Assembly: GCA_003971905.1 (NCBI GenBank)
Contig: RSEE01000034.1
Location: 248,001 to 312,000 of the forward strand
Direction: 5' to 3'
Length of the DNA: 64,000 nucleotides
Source of the DNA: Moniliella sp. 'wahieum'
Lineage: Eukaryota
Part shown: positions 50,233 through 63,711 of the stretch, piece by piece
How the letters are laid out: every line of letters starts with the position of its first letter
Position numbering within the stretch: the stretch's first letter is position 1
Notes under the pieces: model-generated
Database searches by the model: none
What the model was told of the DNA's origin: nothing
What the model saw: the letters and a program-made list of their open reading frames with translations, nothing else
Made by a program: the position numbers and the translations under genes

Positions 50233-50966
50233 TGACGGGGTTGCTCGCTTCCCAGACGGAGACCTTCCCTGACCATCGGGACAAGACTCACGGAGGACTG
50301 AACGTGTTTCAGATCCAAAGTCCAAGGAACACTGGCGTGAACGTTAGGGAGTTGTGAGTAGTACTTTACGTGTCGGGCAGAGCCAGGAAGCGTCCGCGGG
50401 GAGGTTGCACGTTTTAGGGGGCGGACGAGAAAGCGGGGAGTCCCGATGGGGGAGGGAGGGCAAGCGAGCTGATCTGAAAGATGGTTCTTCTAGAGAGGAG
50501 TTTGCCTAGAAGAAGGATGAAGGGGAAAGGAATGGTGGGCGGCTTCAGTCATCACAATTGGATCTAAGAACAGGTAGGTTTTATAGAAGAGAAATGGAAC
50601 AAGCGGAAGACCACAACAGGTCTCTACAGCAAAAAGGGGAGACGGGTCAAAGGGAAGAAGTGAGTACCAGGAGCGAGAGACACGAGGTGAGAGACGAGAG
50701 GAGGGTCAAGGACAAAGCGGACCCGAGACGAGAAACGAGGCGAGAGCGCGAGTCGAATTCATGTGTATAGTGTTTTGGATTTTAGACGAGCGCAAGCGGA
50801 GAGAAGAGACGATTTGTTATCGATTTGTAGATGGGCTGAGAATCCGAGTCACGAGAGCGAAGGATAGCAAACTTGAATAGTGATCTAGTGATAAGAAGAG
50901 AAGCCGCGAAGCAAGAGCGACGATGAAGAAGTGGAGGTGGCGCGACTTAACCGTCGCTCCGTGACA
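50233..50966 (-). mobile_element. Solo LTR family D (~735 bp)
   Basis: On the minus strand it starts TGTCACGGAG and ends ..CCCCGTCA(CA). The 5-bp direct repeat CTGTG flanks it (50228-50232, 50967-50971). CTATAAAA and pyrimidine-rich tracts lie on the minus strand. Confidence 0.7.
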
Positions 50967-51522
50967 CTGTGGGACTATCTTCCAACATGCTCTTATTCGT
51001 TCCCCCTCCCCTCCCCTATCTCGGCTTAAAGGGTGAAATATGGGTCTCGATCTTTCGCCGGAACTCGAGGTAAGAGTCCTGTTATGGTGAAGGTTCACAT
51101 TGTGAGAAGAGGCCTACAGCATCTTGGTCCCCTACTCGTTTCTTTTCTCGTCGTCTATCTCCTGCACGGTTTTGACCACCTAATTATGGGACGAGTTGTC
51201 TTATTTCAGGTGTCAATGCGGAGAAGAGAAACATGGTAGGAGACAAACATGGAAGCAGAAGAGCGTAAGGGCGAGAGAATCATGGGGAAGGAAGCATGCG
51301 GGAGTACAAGTAATGAGGAAGAGAAGAAGAGCCAGCAATGGCACACACACAACAAAAAAGAAAGACTGGTAGCACACGGACGGGTCCTATTACCGCTTGG
51401 GAGGACCTAACGGGGATGAGAGCAACGCCCCACCCTCCCCCTTCTCTCATACACACAGGGGCAATCGACCCGATCCGCGTGCTACAAGCCAAACCAGAAG
51501 CAGCTGGGCCAAAGCATTACCC

Positions 51523-51862
51523 TCATTCGCGGTGGTACTGCTTGTCAAAGTCTTGCTGGGTTGAGACAAATGGGGTCAGCTGTGTGCGCCTGTTGAGAAG
51601 GGGGGAGGGGGGAGGGGGGAGGGGAAGAGACGCACATTGACCGTCATGAGTTTGGTGTTGGTGCCGTCCTGGATCTTGAGGTAGGGCGGGGTGGTGTGGG
51701 GCTTCCATTCGACGTTGGAGCTGTGGGCCGAGTACCACATGAACCAGCCAGCGCCGGCGAGGGTGGTCGTCGTCAGCGCCAGGATGGGCACCGCGTCGGG
51801 CTGAACCAGTAGCGGAAGAAGGTGGCCTTGGCGGCACGCGGGGCACGGAGGTAGGCGGGCAT
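51523..51862 (-). CDS. NDUFA4/B12D (MLRQ)-like small mitochondrial membrane protein, one intron ~51560-51634
   Basis: PDAVPILALTTTTLAGAGWFMWYSAHSSNVEW..PYLKIQDGTNTKLMTVN, then a GTGCGT..CCCAG intron, then QDFDKQYHRE-stop. Confidence 0.8.
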
Positions 51863-52394
51863 GGCAATCGTGTGGGGGCAGTGGGTGGGGGTGTGCGGGT
51901 GTGGGGTGGGGCACCAAGGGGGTATATATACCTGGCTGGGACGGGACGTGCACGGCGGGGTGCTGAGGAGGCGGTGAGGGTATAACCAGGTGACTCGGAC
52001 TGGGCGTCTGGATCTCAGCCGCAGATAGGTTGGGTAAAAACGCGCCCGTGGGAGGTGCTTTGGATTGCGAATGAGTAATCAACGCCACTAACCCCGCTGT
52101 GGGGCAGCCCTCAGACCACCTGTCCCCGCACAGACCACGCAGGCGCCATGGATTCCGGCGCAGTGCGCCTCAGCCCCTCTCAGCCCCTCTCAGCGCCTCC
52201 TCAGCAGCCCCCAGCCTGCCATCCTCCTCGCCTGCTCCCTTGAAGCTTCACATGGCCATCCCTCCGGCGCACGTGACCACGTGACCCAGCCCCCACCCCA
52301 CACGTGACCCCCCATATGTGCGGTGGAAAGAGCAGCTCAGCACGCGCTCAGCCCGCTGTCGACGGCGAGAAGCGCAGGCCAGGACAGAAGAAGC

Positions 52395-55300
52395 ATGCGC
52401 TTCCACCTCTACCGCCGCTCCTCGCCCGCCGCCCTCGCCCTCGCGCCCGTCCCCGCCGCCCCCGACGCCTCCGACCCCACCCCCGCCCTCCTCCTCTCGG
52501 CGCCCAGCCCCTCGCCCTCCACGGCGCCCGCCCGCGTCCACGCCACCCCTCCAGCCCGCGCACACGGTCACTGCCGCCCCTGCGGCGCATCACCACCGCC
52601 CCCGTCTTTGGCTGCCTCGGCCTGCTCCAGGTCAGCGACCATGTGTACCTTGCCATCGCAACCCATGCCTCGGCCCTCGGCTGCGTCCGCCCGGGCGAAC
52701 CCGTCCTGCGCCTCCAACACCTCCACTTCTTTGCCCTCGACCAGCCACGTGGGACACGGCCGCCGCCTCCGCCTCTGGCGTCGAGCACCCCTGTGCCGAT
52801 GTGCGTCGCCTGCTGAGCGATGGCACCTTTTATTTTGCTCCCCCCGAGAATCCCTGGGACCTGTCGCGCCATATGGCCGCCCGATGCTCCTCCGCCGCCG
52901 GCAGCGCCTCCCCGCCTCCTCCCTCCACGATCGGCACATACGACGAGGAATTCATTTGGAACGCGACCTTGCTCGCGCCTCTGCGGGACGGGCTTTCGCT
53001 CTGGCTGCCTTCCCACCTCCACGGCTCGGTCTCGGCGTTTCTCCTCCCGCTGATGCGTGGCTGCATCGCCTTGATCCACCCCCCCCCCCCCGCCGGTAGG
53101 CGGCTCGCCCGCGATGCACCTTGCCGTCATCACCCGCGTCGGATGCAGTCGGACCAACAGCGAGCTTCGTGATCGCGGGCTGGACGACGCCGGGCATGTC
53201 GCTTGCTTTGCTGAGGTTGGTTCCCTTCCCTCCCCCCCAAATAGGAACGGATGAATCACAGAGCTAACTCCCCCTTTTCCCCTCTTGTTTCTTTTCCTTC
53301 TACCAACTTTTTCTTTTCCTTTCGACCAATCGATCGCACCCCCCCCCCCGTGTCCCCTGCTCTCCAGACCGAAACACTTTTCTGGCTGGGTGGGATTACC
53401 TTTAGTCACGTCCAGGTACGCGGGTCGGTGCCTGTATTTTGGGAAGAACAAGCGAATGTGGCCGCGCTCCGGACGGCGACGCGGGTGGTCCATACGCGTT
53501 CGCCGGGGATGACACACGATGCGTTTGCTCGTCATTGGGCCCGGTTGGTGCTGCGGTACGGTGGGGTGAGGAGTCTGTCGTTGTTGGCGCTTCGACGGGC
53601 AGAGCGGGAACGTACGTTGGGCTTTGCGTACCGCCACCACCTGGCCACCACATCGGCGGGGGACGTTCGCGCGGCCGCGTTGGGCTATTGCGTGCGAACC
53701 CAGTCAAGGGGGAGATGCGCAGGACGTATGGTCTCCTGGCACGGGCGGGTCACTTGGACTGCCCTCCTGAAGGGATTGAGTGGGACTTGGATGCTGTCTT
53801 GGACCGGATGGGCGGTGGAGGGGGGGTGTACCCGGGCCTGGGGCACAGGCACAAGGGCCAAGACAAGGACAAGCGCAAGGCCAAGGCCGAGCACAAGGGC
53901 CGGACCAAGGGGTGCTACAGAGCGCACTACAACGAACCCCGTTTCTGGCCCGTACCGCGCTCGAGTTTGGCTGGACCGTGGTGGACGCCGAGGGTAAGGT
54001 GCGTGTAGCGCAACAAGGTGTGGTGCGCACACAATGTTTCGACTGTCTGTCCCGAACCACGCTTGTGCAATCCCATTTGGCGCACGGTGCGTTGTTTGGG
54101 TACGTGGTGCGTGTTGCTACCGGCGCCCCGAATGGGCCCAACAAACTGTTTCGTCCGTTTGCCTCTCCTTCCCACCCGCTCTTTCGTTCGCTCGCTCGGC
54201 TCTGGGCTCAGACCGGCGACGCATTGGCCCTGGTCCTCAGGAGCGACCCGACGGCTTCCGCCACAGCCACTTTCGCTGCACCAGCACCTGCTCCTGCGCC
54301 TGGCCCGCCCATGTCCCGCTCCACCCCCCCCGCCAAGCCTCCCCCACTCGTTCGTCCTCCTGGTCGAGCCTGGTGGGTTCGGTGGTCCAGTCTCTCTCTC
54401 GCACCTACACCTCCACCTTCCACTCGGCACCGCGGTTGAGTCCGCGAACCCACGGAGAGGATCTCTTGCTGGGTCGCACGCCTGCGCAAGTGCGTCGCTG
54501 GACCCAGTTGCAGCAACAGAGTTTCGGGTTGGATTCCTTTTTGTCCCTGGACGTTACTTTTGATCCTTCTCTCGATCTCGATCTTGATCCCGGTGCTAGC
54601 CCCAACGCCAACGTGGACGCGAACGTTAACGCCAATGCCAATGGTAGTCTCAATTCTTACGTGCCTTCTACCGCCGAAGGGGCCATCAATGGGGCCGCCA
54701 TTGTCGACCTACCCGATCAACAACCCCTTCGACCGCCGTTGGCGCCCCGCGCCCGCCCTTGCCTCCGTCCCATCCTACCTCCAAAGAGGCAATGCGAACG
54801 GCGCTGCATGCGGCCCAAGGGGAATTTACCTCGTCCGTCCCCATCTCCATTTTAATGGGTACCTTCAACGTGGCTGCGCGGACGCCGACGATGGCACCGG
54901 GATGGGAGCAAGGGCTGGCCGACTGGCTCGGGCCTGCCAGCCACGGTGCAGGTGCAGGCCCAGACCTAACCAGCCAAAACGGGCACGGGGGGCAAGGTGC
55001 GCCGCAGCTGGTTGTGATTGGGTTCCAAGAACTGGTACCGCTCACGGCGTCCAACGTGCTCCTGTCGGACGAGCGACAACGGCAGGAGTGGGAGCAAGCG
55101 GTGCTTGTGACCCTAGAGCGGGTGTACGATACAGATGGAGCGGCGTACCATCTGCTGCGGTCGGACCAGCTGGTGGGGCTCGGCGTGCTGGTGATTGTGC
55201 ACCGCGATCTGCTGGGGGAGGTACGGGCGGTGGAGACAGACCGGAAGAAAACTGGGTGGGGGGGGATGAGCGGGAACAAAGGCGCGGTGGGGGTGCATCT

Positions 55301-55933
55301 TGTGGTGGGTGGGCAGAGTGTGTGTGTAGTGGTGGCGCACTTGGCGGCGGGCCAAGACCAAGTGGCGGAGCGCGAGGCGGATTACCAGGCGATCGAGCAA
55401 GGGCTGTACTTTGGGCACGGATGGACCGTGGCCGAGCACGATGTGCAGCTGTGGATGGGCGACCTCAACTTCCGCATCGACCTGCCCGGGGACCAAGTGC
55501 GCGATCTGGTGGCGAGTGAGGCATGGGACGTGCTGTACGCGGCGGACCAGCTCGTGCAGAGCCAGCAGAGGGGGCGCGCCTTGGCCCACCTGCTCGAACT
55601 GCCTCTTGGGTTTGCGCCCACGTACAAGTACGATCTGGGCAGCACCAGCTACGACACGTCCGACAAGGCGCGCACGCCGGCCTGGACCGACCGGATCCTG
55701 TTCCTGCCTGTGCATGCGCGCTGGACCCAGACGAGCTACACGAGTGCGCACGCGTGCTTCGTGTCGGACCACCGGCCCGTGGCGCGCGCTTTGGCACGCA
55801 CCTGACCGTCGACACGGCGAGCGCGCACCTGGACACGCTGCTGCGCCTCGCCCAGCGCATGGCGCCGTCGTTTGCGCGTGCGTTCTGTGCGCTGCATGCG
55901 CTGCCTGCGCCCGACGCGAGCGGCCGCGCGTGA
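52395..55933 (+). CDS. Synaptojanin-like polyphosphoinositide phosphatase (Sac domain + inositol 5-phosphatase; Inp52/Inp53-like)
   Basis: Sac: LLSDGTFYF, FIWN, RGLDDAGHVA, VQVRGSVPVFWE, QQGVVRTQCFDCLSRT. 5-phosphatase: GTFNVA, IGFQELV, GNKGAV, HLAAGQ, WMGDLNFRI, FAPTYKYD, RTPAWTDRIL, SDHRPV. Confidence 0.92.
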
Positions 55934-56251
55934 GGCCAGCGGCGTCTGGCGGCGGTGGGGGCGATGCGCCCAATCAATCAATCAATCCATGCTTGCTCTG
56001 CTCGTGTGAGGAGGGCGTGGGGCTCTCCCTGCCTGTTGGTATAATGACACTGCTGGTAAATGACAGTAACCGCCGCTTTCCGCTCCTCGAGCCCCCATAG
56101 GGAATTCCGCCGCCGCTGAGGTAAGCATGCCCTGATGCGGCCGGGCGGAGGGGCCATCCGTCGGCGCGAACGCCACCACCGCCGCCGGCACTGACGACGA
56201 CGACGACGAGGTTGCTGCTGTCCGGCTGCGTCTAGTCTGTGCCCTGCGCGC

Positions 56252-59200
56252 ATGTCCGCCCCGACGCCCGCTGCGCCTGCTGCCGCGGGAGCAGCCGCCC
56301 GCGCTTCCCTGCAGCTCGTCCTGCCCGACGAGCTGGATCTGGCCGCGCTCAAGCCCGTCCTTGCTGCCCTCTCGCTCGACCAGCCGCAGCTGACGGACGA
56401 ACAGCTGACCCATCCCGACGCCCCACTCATCACCGCCTGTACCAGGCTCTGTGTGCCCACTGGCCCAGTCTGCAGCAAGCCGCGACCGAACGCGATGCCG
56501 CCCAGGCGCAGGCGCGCCAACGCCAAGCTGAAACCGACGCGCTGCTCACCGAGGCGGAACAAGCGCGCCAAACTGCCCTTGCGCGCGCTCGCACCGCCGA
56601 GGACTCGGCCCACCGCTCCGCCGAGGAAAATCAAGTGCTCAAGGGCCAACTTGAAGCGGCACAGCAAAGTCTGCGTGCCGACCAAGGCACCTTGACTGCC
56701 CGCCAGGACACGCTCTCCCACCTGGAACAAGAGCTGCGCGAAGCGCAAGCCGACAAACGCCACTTGACCGCCCTCCTATCCAAAACCAAAGACGCCAATG
56801 CCGAGATGGAGCGTACGTGTTTTCTGTCTCTCTTTTCCTATTCCTATTCCTATTCCTTTTCCTTTCCTTTCCCGTTGCCTTTGCTTCCTCTCCATGTTTG
56901 GTGGGATTGGTTTCCTTCCCCCTTTTTCGTCCTCCACTCGTGGCTAACCTTGGCATCGTTGGACTGTTTGTAGAAAAATACACCGAACTCGAGACGGAGC
57001 ACACGCGGTTACGCACGACGCATGCGCAGCTAGTTTCCGACCTTGCCTCGGCCCGAGGCAGCGAGCAGCAGCACAAGTACCAAGCGCACGCGGCGCAACA
57101 ACAACTTGACCTCGCTACTCGCGAGGCTGAGTGGGCGCATTCGGAGCTCACCCGCTTCACCCAATCGGCTGCCACTTACCGCACCACCAAGAGCTCCGAG
57201 GTGTACCGACTGCAAGCCGAGCTGGACGCTGCCGAGCATCGCCTCATGTCTGCCGAGACCAAGCTGCAATTTGAATCGGCCGCGCGTGTTTCGGCCGAGG
57301 AGAGGGAAAGTGAGGCGCAGGGCAAGGTGGAGGACCTGTCGCGCCGGCTGGCTACGCAAGAAGCTACGTTTACGTCCGAGTCGGCTGCACAGAAAAGCGG
57401 ATTGCGCACCTGCAGCGTGTGGCGGAAGACGCGGCGGATCGGGAGAAGGAGCTGGAGGCCATGTGGCAAGAGAATCTGCGCGAGGCGGAAGAGCGGGAGG
57501 CAAGGGTACTTGCCGAGGTGCAAAATGGGCTTGCGCAAGTTGCCCAGGTCGAGGCGGAGAAGCAAGAGTTGCAAGATGCGATTGACCAACTGGCTTCCTC
57601 GGTCGGCATCGAGACCGACTTGGCCAACCGGGCGCTGGACAACGTTGGTGAAGACACAAGTGTGGCCGGGAGTGTGGTGGGCAGTGTGAGCACGGTCGCA
57701 TCTTGCTCCGAATCAGAGTATGAGCATACTTTCTCCCTCGGCTTCGGTCGCACGCAAAATCCGCGAGAGCGGCAAAACGTTTAGTGAGATGTACGTTGAA
57801 CATGCGCGTACACAAGAAGAGCTCCGTCGGGAACGCATTGAGGTGACGCGCTTGAACACAGTACTGGAAAGTGTATTTGAGGAGTTGCGAGAAAAGGAGC
57901 CGGCACTCGAAGCGCAACGACAAGAGACGGAAACGCTTCGTTCGGACCTGGAGGAGACGAGTGCCGCCCTTGCCACCTTATCCGCCTCGTCTGACGAGGT
58001 GAGGAACGAACGCGACCAACTTCGGCTCGACCGGGATCGACTCAAGACCGAGGCGGAGATGGTGTCGCAACAGCTCGAGGACTTGGGTCGACAAGTGCGT
58101 GCGTTGACCAAGGAGATCATTGTGCGTGACGATCCGTCCGCGGCGGAGCGGATGGAGGACGATGGCACACCGCTCCCTGTCCCTGGCTCCTCGGAGGTAG
58201 AGGAAGAGGGCACGCAAGCGATCATTACCCAAGAACTGGTCACCTTCCGCTCCCTGACTGGCTTGCTCGCTCAGAACCAGCGCTTGTTGCGTGTCGTGCG
58301 CGATTTGGCGTCTCGGGTGGAAAGCCGCGAGGCCCATTTGCAAGATAAGGAAGACCTCGCCTTGGCCGATGCCGCCGAGGCGCTGGATCAGCTCCGGGCC
58401 TCGCTCGAAGAAGCACAAGATCAGCTGGCGCACGTGACGCACGAGCGGGACCTGTTCCGCGACCTGGTGCGCGCGCGACAGCCGCCCCCCCACGCTTCAG
58501 CGGATGATACTGTGGTGTCCCAAGCTCATGGGGAAGAGAGCCTAGCAGCGCTCCAGAAACTCTTTGCTGACTTTAAAGCCGATGCGCAACGTGACTATGC
58601 GGCGTTGCGAACGGAACTGTCTGCAGCTCAGGCGCAAGCGTTGGACAAGGCGGTGGAAGCCGCGCAAGAGCGGACGGTGCGCGAAGGCCTGCAATCGCGT
58701 TTGCGCACACTGGAGGCTACCGCGTCGCAACACCGTAACCAGATCGAAGAGCTGACCCGGTCCAAAGAGTCGCTTCAGAATCGATCTGGGGAGCGGGAAG
58801 CCGAATTCCGGCGCAATGCGAGTGAGTTGACAGAGGTGCGAGCCACGTTGGAGTCCGTCTCGAGTGAAGCGACGCATTTGCGCTCAGTGGTGGAGAGCCT
58901 GCGCGCGTCGGAAGCGCGGTTGGTGGGCGAAACCATACGCTGGTGGCAGAGCGGGCTTCGTTGACCGAGATGCTCAAGAGCACCAAGGACGCCCAGCAAG
59001 AGCGCGACGCAGCGGCAGAGGCCAGTCGGACTCTGCTCGAGGGCCAAGTGACGCGGTTGGAGCGTCAGCTGGACAGTGCTTTGGAGCGTGCGGCCAAGGC
59101 GGATGAGGAGCTGCGCTTCTTGAGTTTACGTACGCGCGTGGACGCTGGGGAGGCGCAGCGGCGTACCGAGCGACTGCAAGCCGACTTGGCCACCAGCCAG

Positions 59201-62200
59201 AAGAACTTGGCGGTAGCCAGTTCGACTCTCGACACGCTCCGGTCGCGCGAACAAGAGTTGCAAGCCATGCTCGCCTCGGCGCGAACGACGATCACAACTG
59301 GAGCGCACCTCACCTACCCACCAGGCCGTTCCTGAGCCGGACGCGACCACTTCCGCCTCGGCCCCTGCTGTCAGTGGAACGCCCTTGTACGACGCCCAAA
59401 TGGCCGATTTGCGCGCCTCGTTGGCCAGTGCCCAAGCCCAAGCCGAATCCGCCCGGGCGCAAGTAGTGCAGTACCAAACGATTGCTCAGACGACGGAAGA
59501 AACGCTGCAAGGATTGCAACAGACGTACGACGAGTACCGTGCTGGTACCGAATCCGTTCTGGAAGCCAAGCAAGCCAAGGTGGACCAACTGGCTTCGGAG
59601 GCGGTGGCCAAGGAGCAACTCTCTTCGGCCCAGGCTACCGCGCAGAAAGCGACTGCGGCCCTTGCGACCGCCCAAGCTCAATTCGCGTTGGAGAAGCGCG
59701 AGTTGGAGGACACGTTGGCGCAGGTGAACGATGTTGATGCCCGGGCGGCCGGGGAACACGCCAAGGTCCAAGCGGACGTGGAGGCGCAGTTGGAAGAAGC
59801 GCGTACGGCGCATAGCAAGTACGAGACGGAACTGTTGTTGCATGCGGAGGACCTGCAAGCGTTGACGGAAACCAAGTCGGCGCTGGTCGAAGCGGAAGCG
59901 AGCGTACACCAGTTGCAAGCCAAAGTCGAGGAGCTGCAGGCGCAGATGGAGATGGACAAGACGGCGTTCACGTCGCAGCAAGCGTCGGTGGAGCAAGAAC
60001 GGGCGGACCTAACCAAACGCATTGACGATCTGACGGAACAAAACGTTGTGCTGCACAACTCGCTCCAATCGCTTACCGCCCATGCCCCAGCGTACGTGGC
60101 GCCAAACGTACCGGATGCGCCGTCTTCGGAAACAACCGCTGCTCCTACCGAAGGCACAGCGGTAGACGACTTGGCCAGTGTGATCAAGTACCTGCGTCGG
60201 GAGAAGGAGGTGGCAGATCTGCAACTCGATCTGGCCAAGCAAGAAGTGACGCGACTTCGATCTTCTCTCGAAGCCGAGACGGCCGGATCGGACGAGCTAC
60301 GCGCGCAACTGGCAGAAGAACGAGCACGAGTTGCAGCCAGCCGTGCCGGAGGCAGTCGGGCCGATGTGCAAGCCGAACTCTTGGCCCGTACCACCGAGAT
60401 GGCCATCGTACGAGAATCCAACACTGCGTTGCGCGAAGAAAGCGAGCGGTTGAGCCGCCAAGTGCGCCGCCTCCAAACGGAGCTGTCAACGAGTCAACTG
60501 GAAGTGGAGCCGCTGCAAGAACGAGCGCGCTTGGCCGCTGTGGAGCTCGAAGCGGCACAGGCGTCGCTCAAGTTGGTGCAAGAGGACAATGCGCGCTGGC
60601 AAGCGCGTGCGCAGTCGATTTTGCGGCAGTACAACCAGGTCGATCCGGAAGAACTGACGAACGCGGTGGAACGTGCAACCCAAGCGGAAACTGCGCTGGC
60701 CCAAGCCCAAGCTGACTTGGCCAAGGCACAGTCTAGTTTGGCCCAAGCGCAGACGGAGCGCGATGCGGCCGTGGCGGCGGAGCGGACCAAGTTGCTGGAA
60801 GAAATGACGAGTGCGTTGGCCGCCAAGGATACCGAGTTGGCTGAGAAGGACAAAAAGTTTTCTCAACTTCGGGCACAAACGATCGAACGTCTGCGCACAT
60901 CGAACCAGCAAGTGGTCCAGCTGCGCACCGAAAACGACTCGCTCTCTACCCGTCTGGCTGCCGAAACCAAGAAGCATACCGACGAAGCGTCGCAGTCGGC
61001 GGAACAGGCCAAGACCCAGCTGGAAGCCGCCAAGGCCGAGGTGGCTCAACTGACCAAGGACAAGGCGTCGATCGGTCGCGGCCTTGTCCGAGGCACAGGC
61101 CAAGATCAGTTCGTTGGAGGAACAAGTGAGCTTGGCCAGCACGTCGTCGTCGGATGCCGCGGCTGTGGCGGAGCAGCAAAAGAGCTGGGAGGAAGAAAAG
61201 ACCAAGTTGACGAGCTTGGTAGACGAGTTGAAGACCAAACAAGCTGCCTTGACAACGCAGCTGCAGCAGGCTACCGCCACAGCCCAAGCCACCGCGGCCA
61301 GTGCAGCGTCCGAAGCCGTGGCGCAAGTCAAGGCGGAGCATGCGGCCGAACTGAGCCGGCTCGAAGCGCAGCGCAGCGCTGCGATCGAGCAGGGCGTCTC
61401 GGAAAAGTTGGCCGTGCTCGCTGCGGGGCCTGCAGAGGAGGAAGGTGCAACCACCGAAGACGGGGGAGAAAGCGACAGTGGCCACGCTCCAAGCGCGCAT
61501 TACCGATTTGGAAGCGCAACTCAAGACGGCTCAGGCTGCCGTGACGGAACAGGAAGCTGCTGGCCCGGCTCAAGTGGCCGAGGCGGAAAGCAAGATCCAA
61601 GTGCTGGAGGCCAAGTTGCACACGCTCGAGACCCAACTTTCCGAGGCACAGCAGGCGCTGCAAACGTCGACGCAAAAGCATACTGCTACCGTGCAAGCGG
61701 CGGTGCACAAGAGCAACGAGGTGGCCAGTGCTGCGCTCAAAGCGCGCGATGCGGAAATTGCCTCGCTACAAAAAGAGATTGCGCAGCTGCGCGCACAGGC
61801 ACAGGCACAAGCACAAGCACCGCAAGGGTCTACAGGCGCGTCGGTGGACGCCGACAAGGTCGAAGCGGAGGTCCAGGCGCGTCTTGAGCAAGCGGAAGCC
61901 GCACGGGCGAAAGAGCAAGAGGCCGCGATCAAGGCGGCGGTGGAAGCCAAGGCGACTGAGCTGCAAGCGCAACACAAGCCCTTGCTCGACGAGCAATTGG
62001 CGGTCGGGCGACAAGAAGCGCTGAAAAACAAGCTGCTCTTCCTCAAGAAGGACAAGGAGATTGAAAAGCTCAAAACCGAGTTGGCCAAGTTGCAAGGCCA
62101 AGCGGGCGGGTCAGCCGAAGGATCAGCAGCGTCGGCGGCTTCGGCGCGCGGCGCCGGCCGTAGGCCGCCCCACGCCGGCCCGGGTGGGCGGGATGGCACG

Positions 62201-62428
62201 CGGTGGTGGGTCGGTCGGGCTGCGTGGCCGCGGAGGCCGAGCGGGCGCGATGAGTGCCCATGCTGGTTCGTCAGCCGGAGCCGGCAAGCGCAAGGCCAGT
62301 GAAGAAACGTCGGTTTCGAATGGCGATGGGGCCAAGAAGCCGCGGGGGGCGGTGCGATCCAAGTCAACCGTCCTACCATCCGTCGCCCCGGCCAGGCACA
62401 ACACAACAACAACAACACCCAATCCTAG
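56252..62428 (+). CDS. MLP1: Nuclear basket coiled-coil protein TPR/Mlp1; intron ~56813-56973; several frameshifts
   Basis: About 6 kb of heptad-rich coding sequence with TPR/Mlp motifs ITQELVTFRSL..LLAQNQRLLRVVRDL, YETELLLHAED, SVIKYLRREKE, VRESNTALREE, EDNARWQARAQSILRQY..DPEE, and a basic C-terminal NLS-like tail. Confidence 0.88.
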
Positions 62429-62898
62429 CCTCGCGTCCAGCCTGCGTCCGAGGCCAACCCAAATCCAGTCGAGCAACCCCCCACTTCCACTCGAACCACT
62501 GCACACCGCCTTTCCCTTGATCTCCCGCCACCCGTCCCCCCCCTCTCCCCTCCCCCTCCCCCCGTTTTTCGTTATGAGTTTCAGATTCCGTCTGCTCAAT
62601 AAGTAAAAGTCCATGTACAGTTTCCCTCTGGTAGAGGCGGTTCAATATTCAATCCGGATCCTGTAGGCTGTCTGGCCTGCCAATCTACTTAGGCGGGCAA
62701 CCAATGTCTCATTTGCATCCTTGGCTCAGCCGATGTGTCCTAGGCTACCCACAGTGGGTCGGAGCAAACACACAGGGTAGAAGAAGCAAAGCCGGCAGAG
62801 GCAGGTAGGTGTATTGTGTACAACAAAAAAAACAAGCGGGCGCGCAACGAGAAGGAAGCAGACCGGACTGGCAAGGGGTCTCTCAGGATTGACCAGAA

Positions 62899-63711
62899 TT
62901 AAGCCAGTCGCTCGCCCAACTGGGCGCTGAGCTGCTGCTTGAGCCCCAGCATGGCCTCTTCGGCTTGGGGGAAGATGGGGGGAAGATGTGATGGCCTCGA
63001 CCGCCTGCAAGGCTCCTGTTAGCCACACTTGGCACCAAACAAACCACTCCCAGAAACACACAAGGAGGGGAGAGGGCAAAGGCCCGGGGGGAAGACTAGG
63101 CCCAACCAACGTACCTGGGACAAGTAGGTCAAGGTAGAATCAAAAGTGTGTTGGGTAGCCGCGGCCTCGGCCTGGGCGACGAGCAAAGCGTCGTGCTTGG
63201 CCCGATTCGTCCGTTCGAGCAGGTCGATATCGGCGCGCAGCTGGTCCAGGCGCCGTTCGTGCGCCGGGTTGGCCGCGGCAGAGAGGGCGGTGGTAAGGTC
63301 GAGGGTCGGGCGGTAGGTGTCCATTGGGGGGCGGGCGGTGCCGAGGCTGTGCGTGCCTCGTGCGACGCGGCGGCTCGCTGCTCGGCACGAAGCACGACCT
63401 GGTCCAGCTCGCGCAAGCGGTCGGGCATGTGAGCATCCTGGATGATCGCATCGTTGCTCATCTGGATGGCTGTCTGGAGCGCCTGGACAAAATCCTTCTG
63501 CAGCAGCTGCGCCCCGTCCGCGCCCAGCTGGGGGAAGGCGCCGCTAAAGTCCTCAGGCTGCAGGTCGAGCATGCTGAGGAAGAAGGCGAGCGCATCGCGC
63601 AGCTTGGTCTCGCGCTGGGCATCGGCCTGGTCCGTGTGGGCGTGGGGCGGGCGGCGAGGCGGTGCGCGCCGCAGTGTGCGACGCGCGGCGGCGGGTGTGC
63701 GGAGGCGGCAT
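62899..63711 (-). CDS. NNF1: Kinetochore MIS12/MIND complex subunit Nnf1-like; intron ~63007-63113
   Basis: RETKLRDAL..EDFSGAFPQL..FVQALQTAIQ..IIQDAHMPDRLRELDQVVLRAEQR followed by a coiled coil. This fits the Nnf1 pattern F..FP..L.ELD.L..A..R. Confidence 0.65.
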
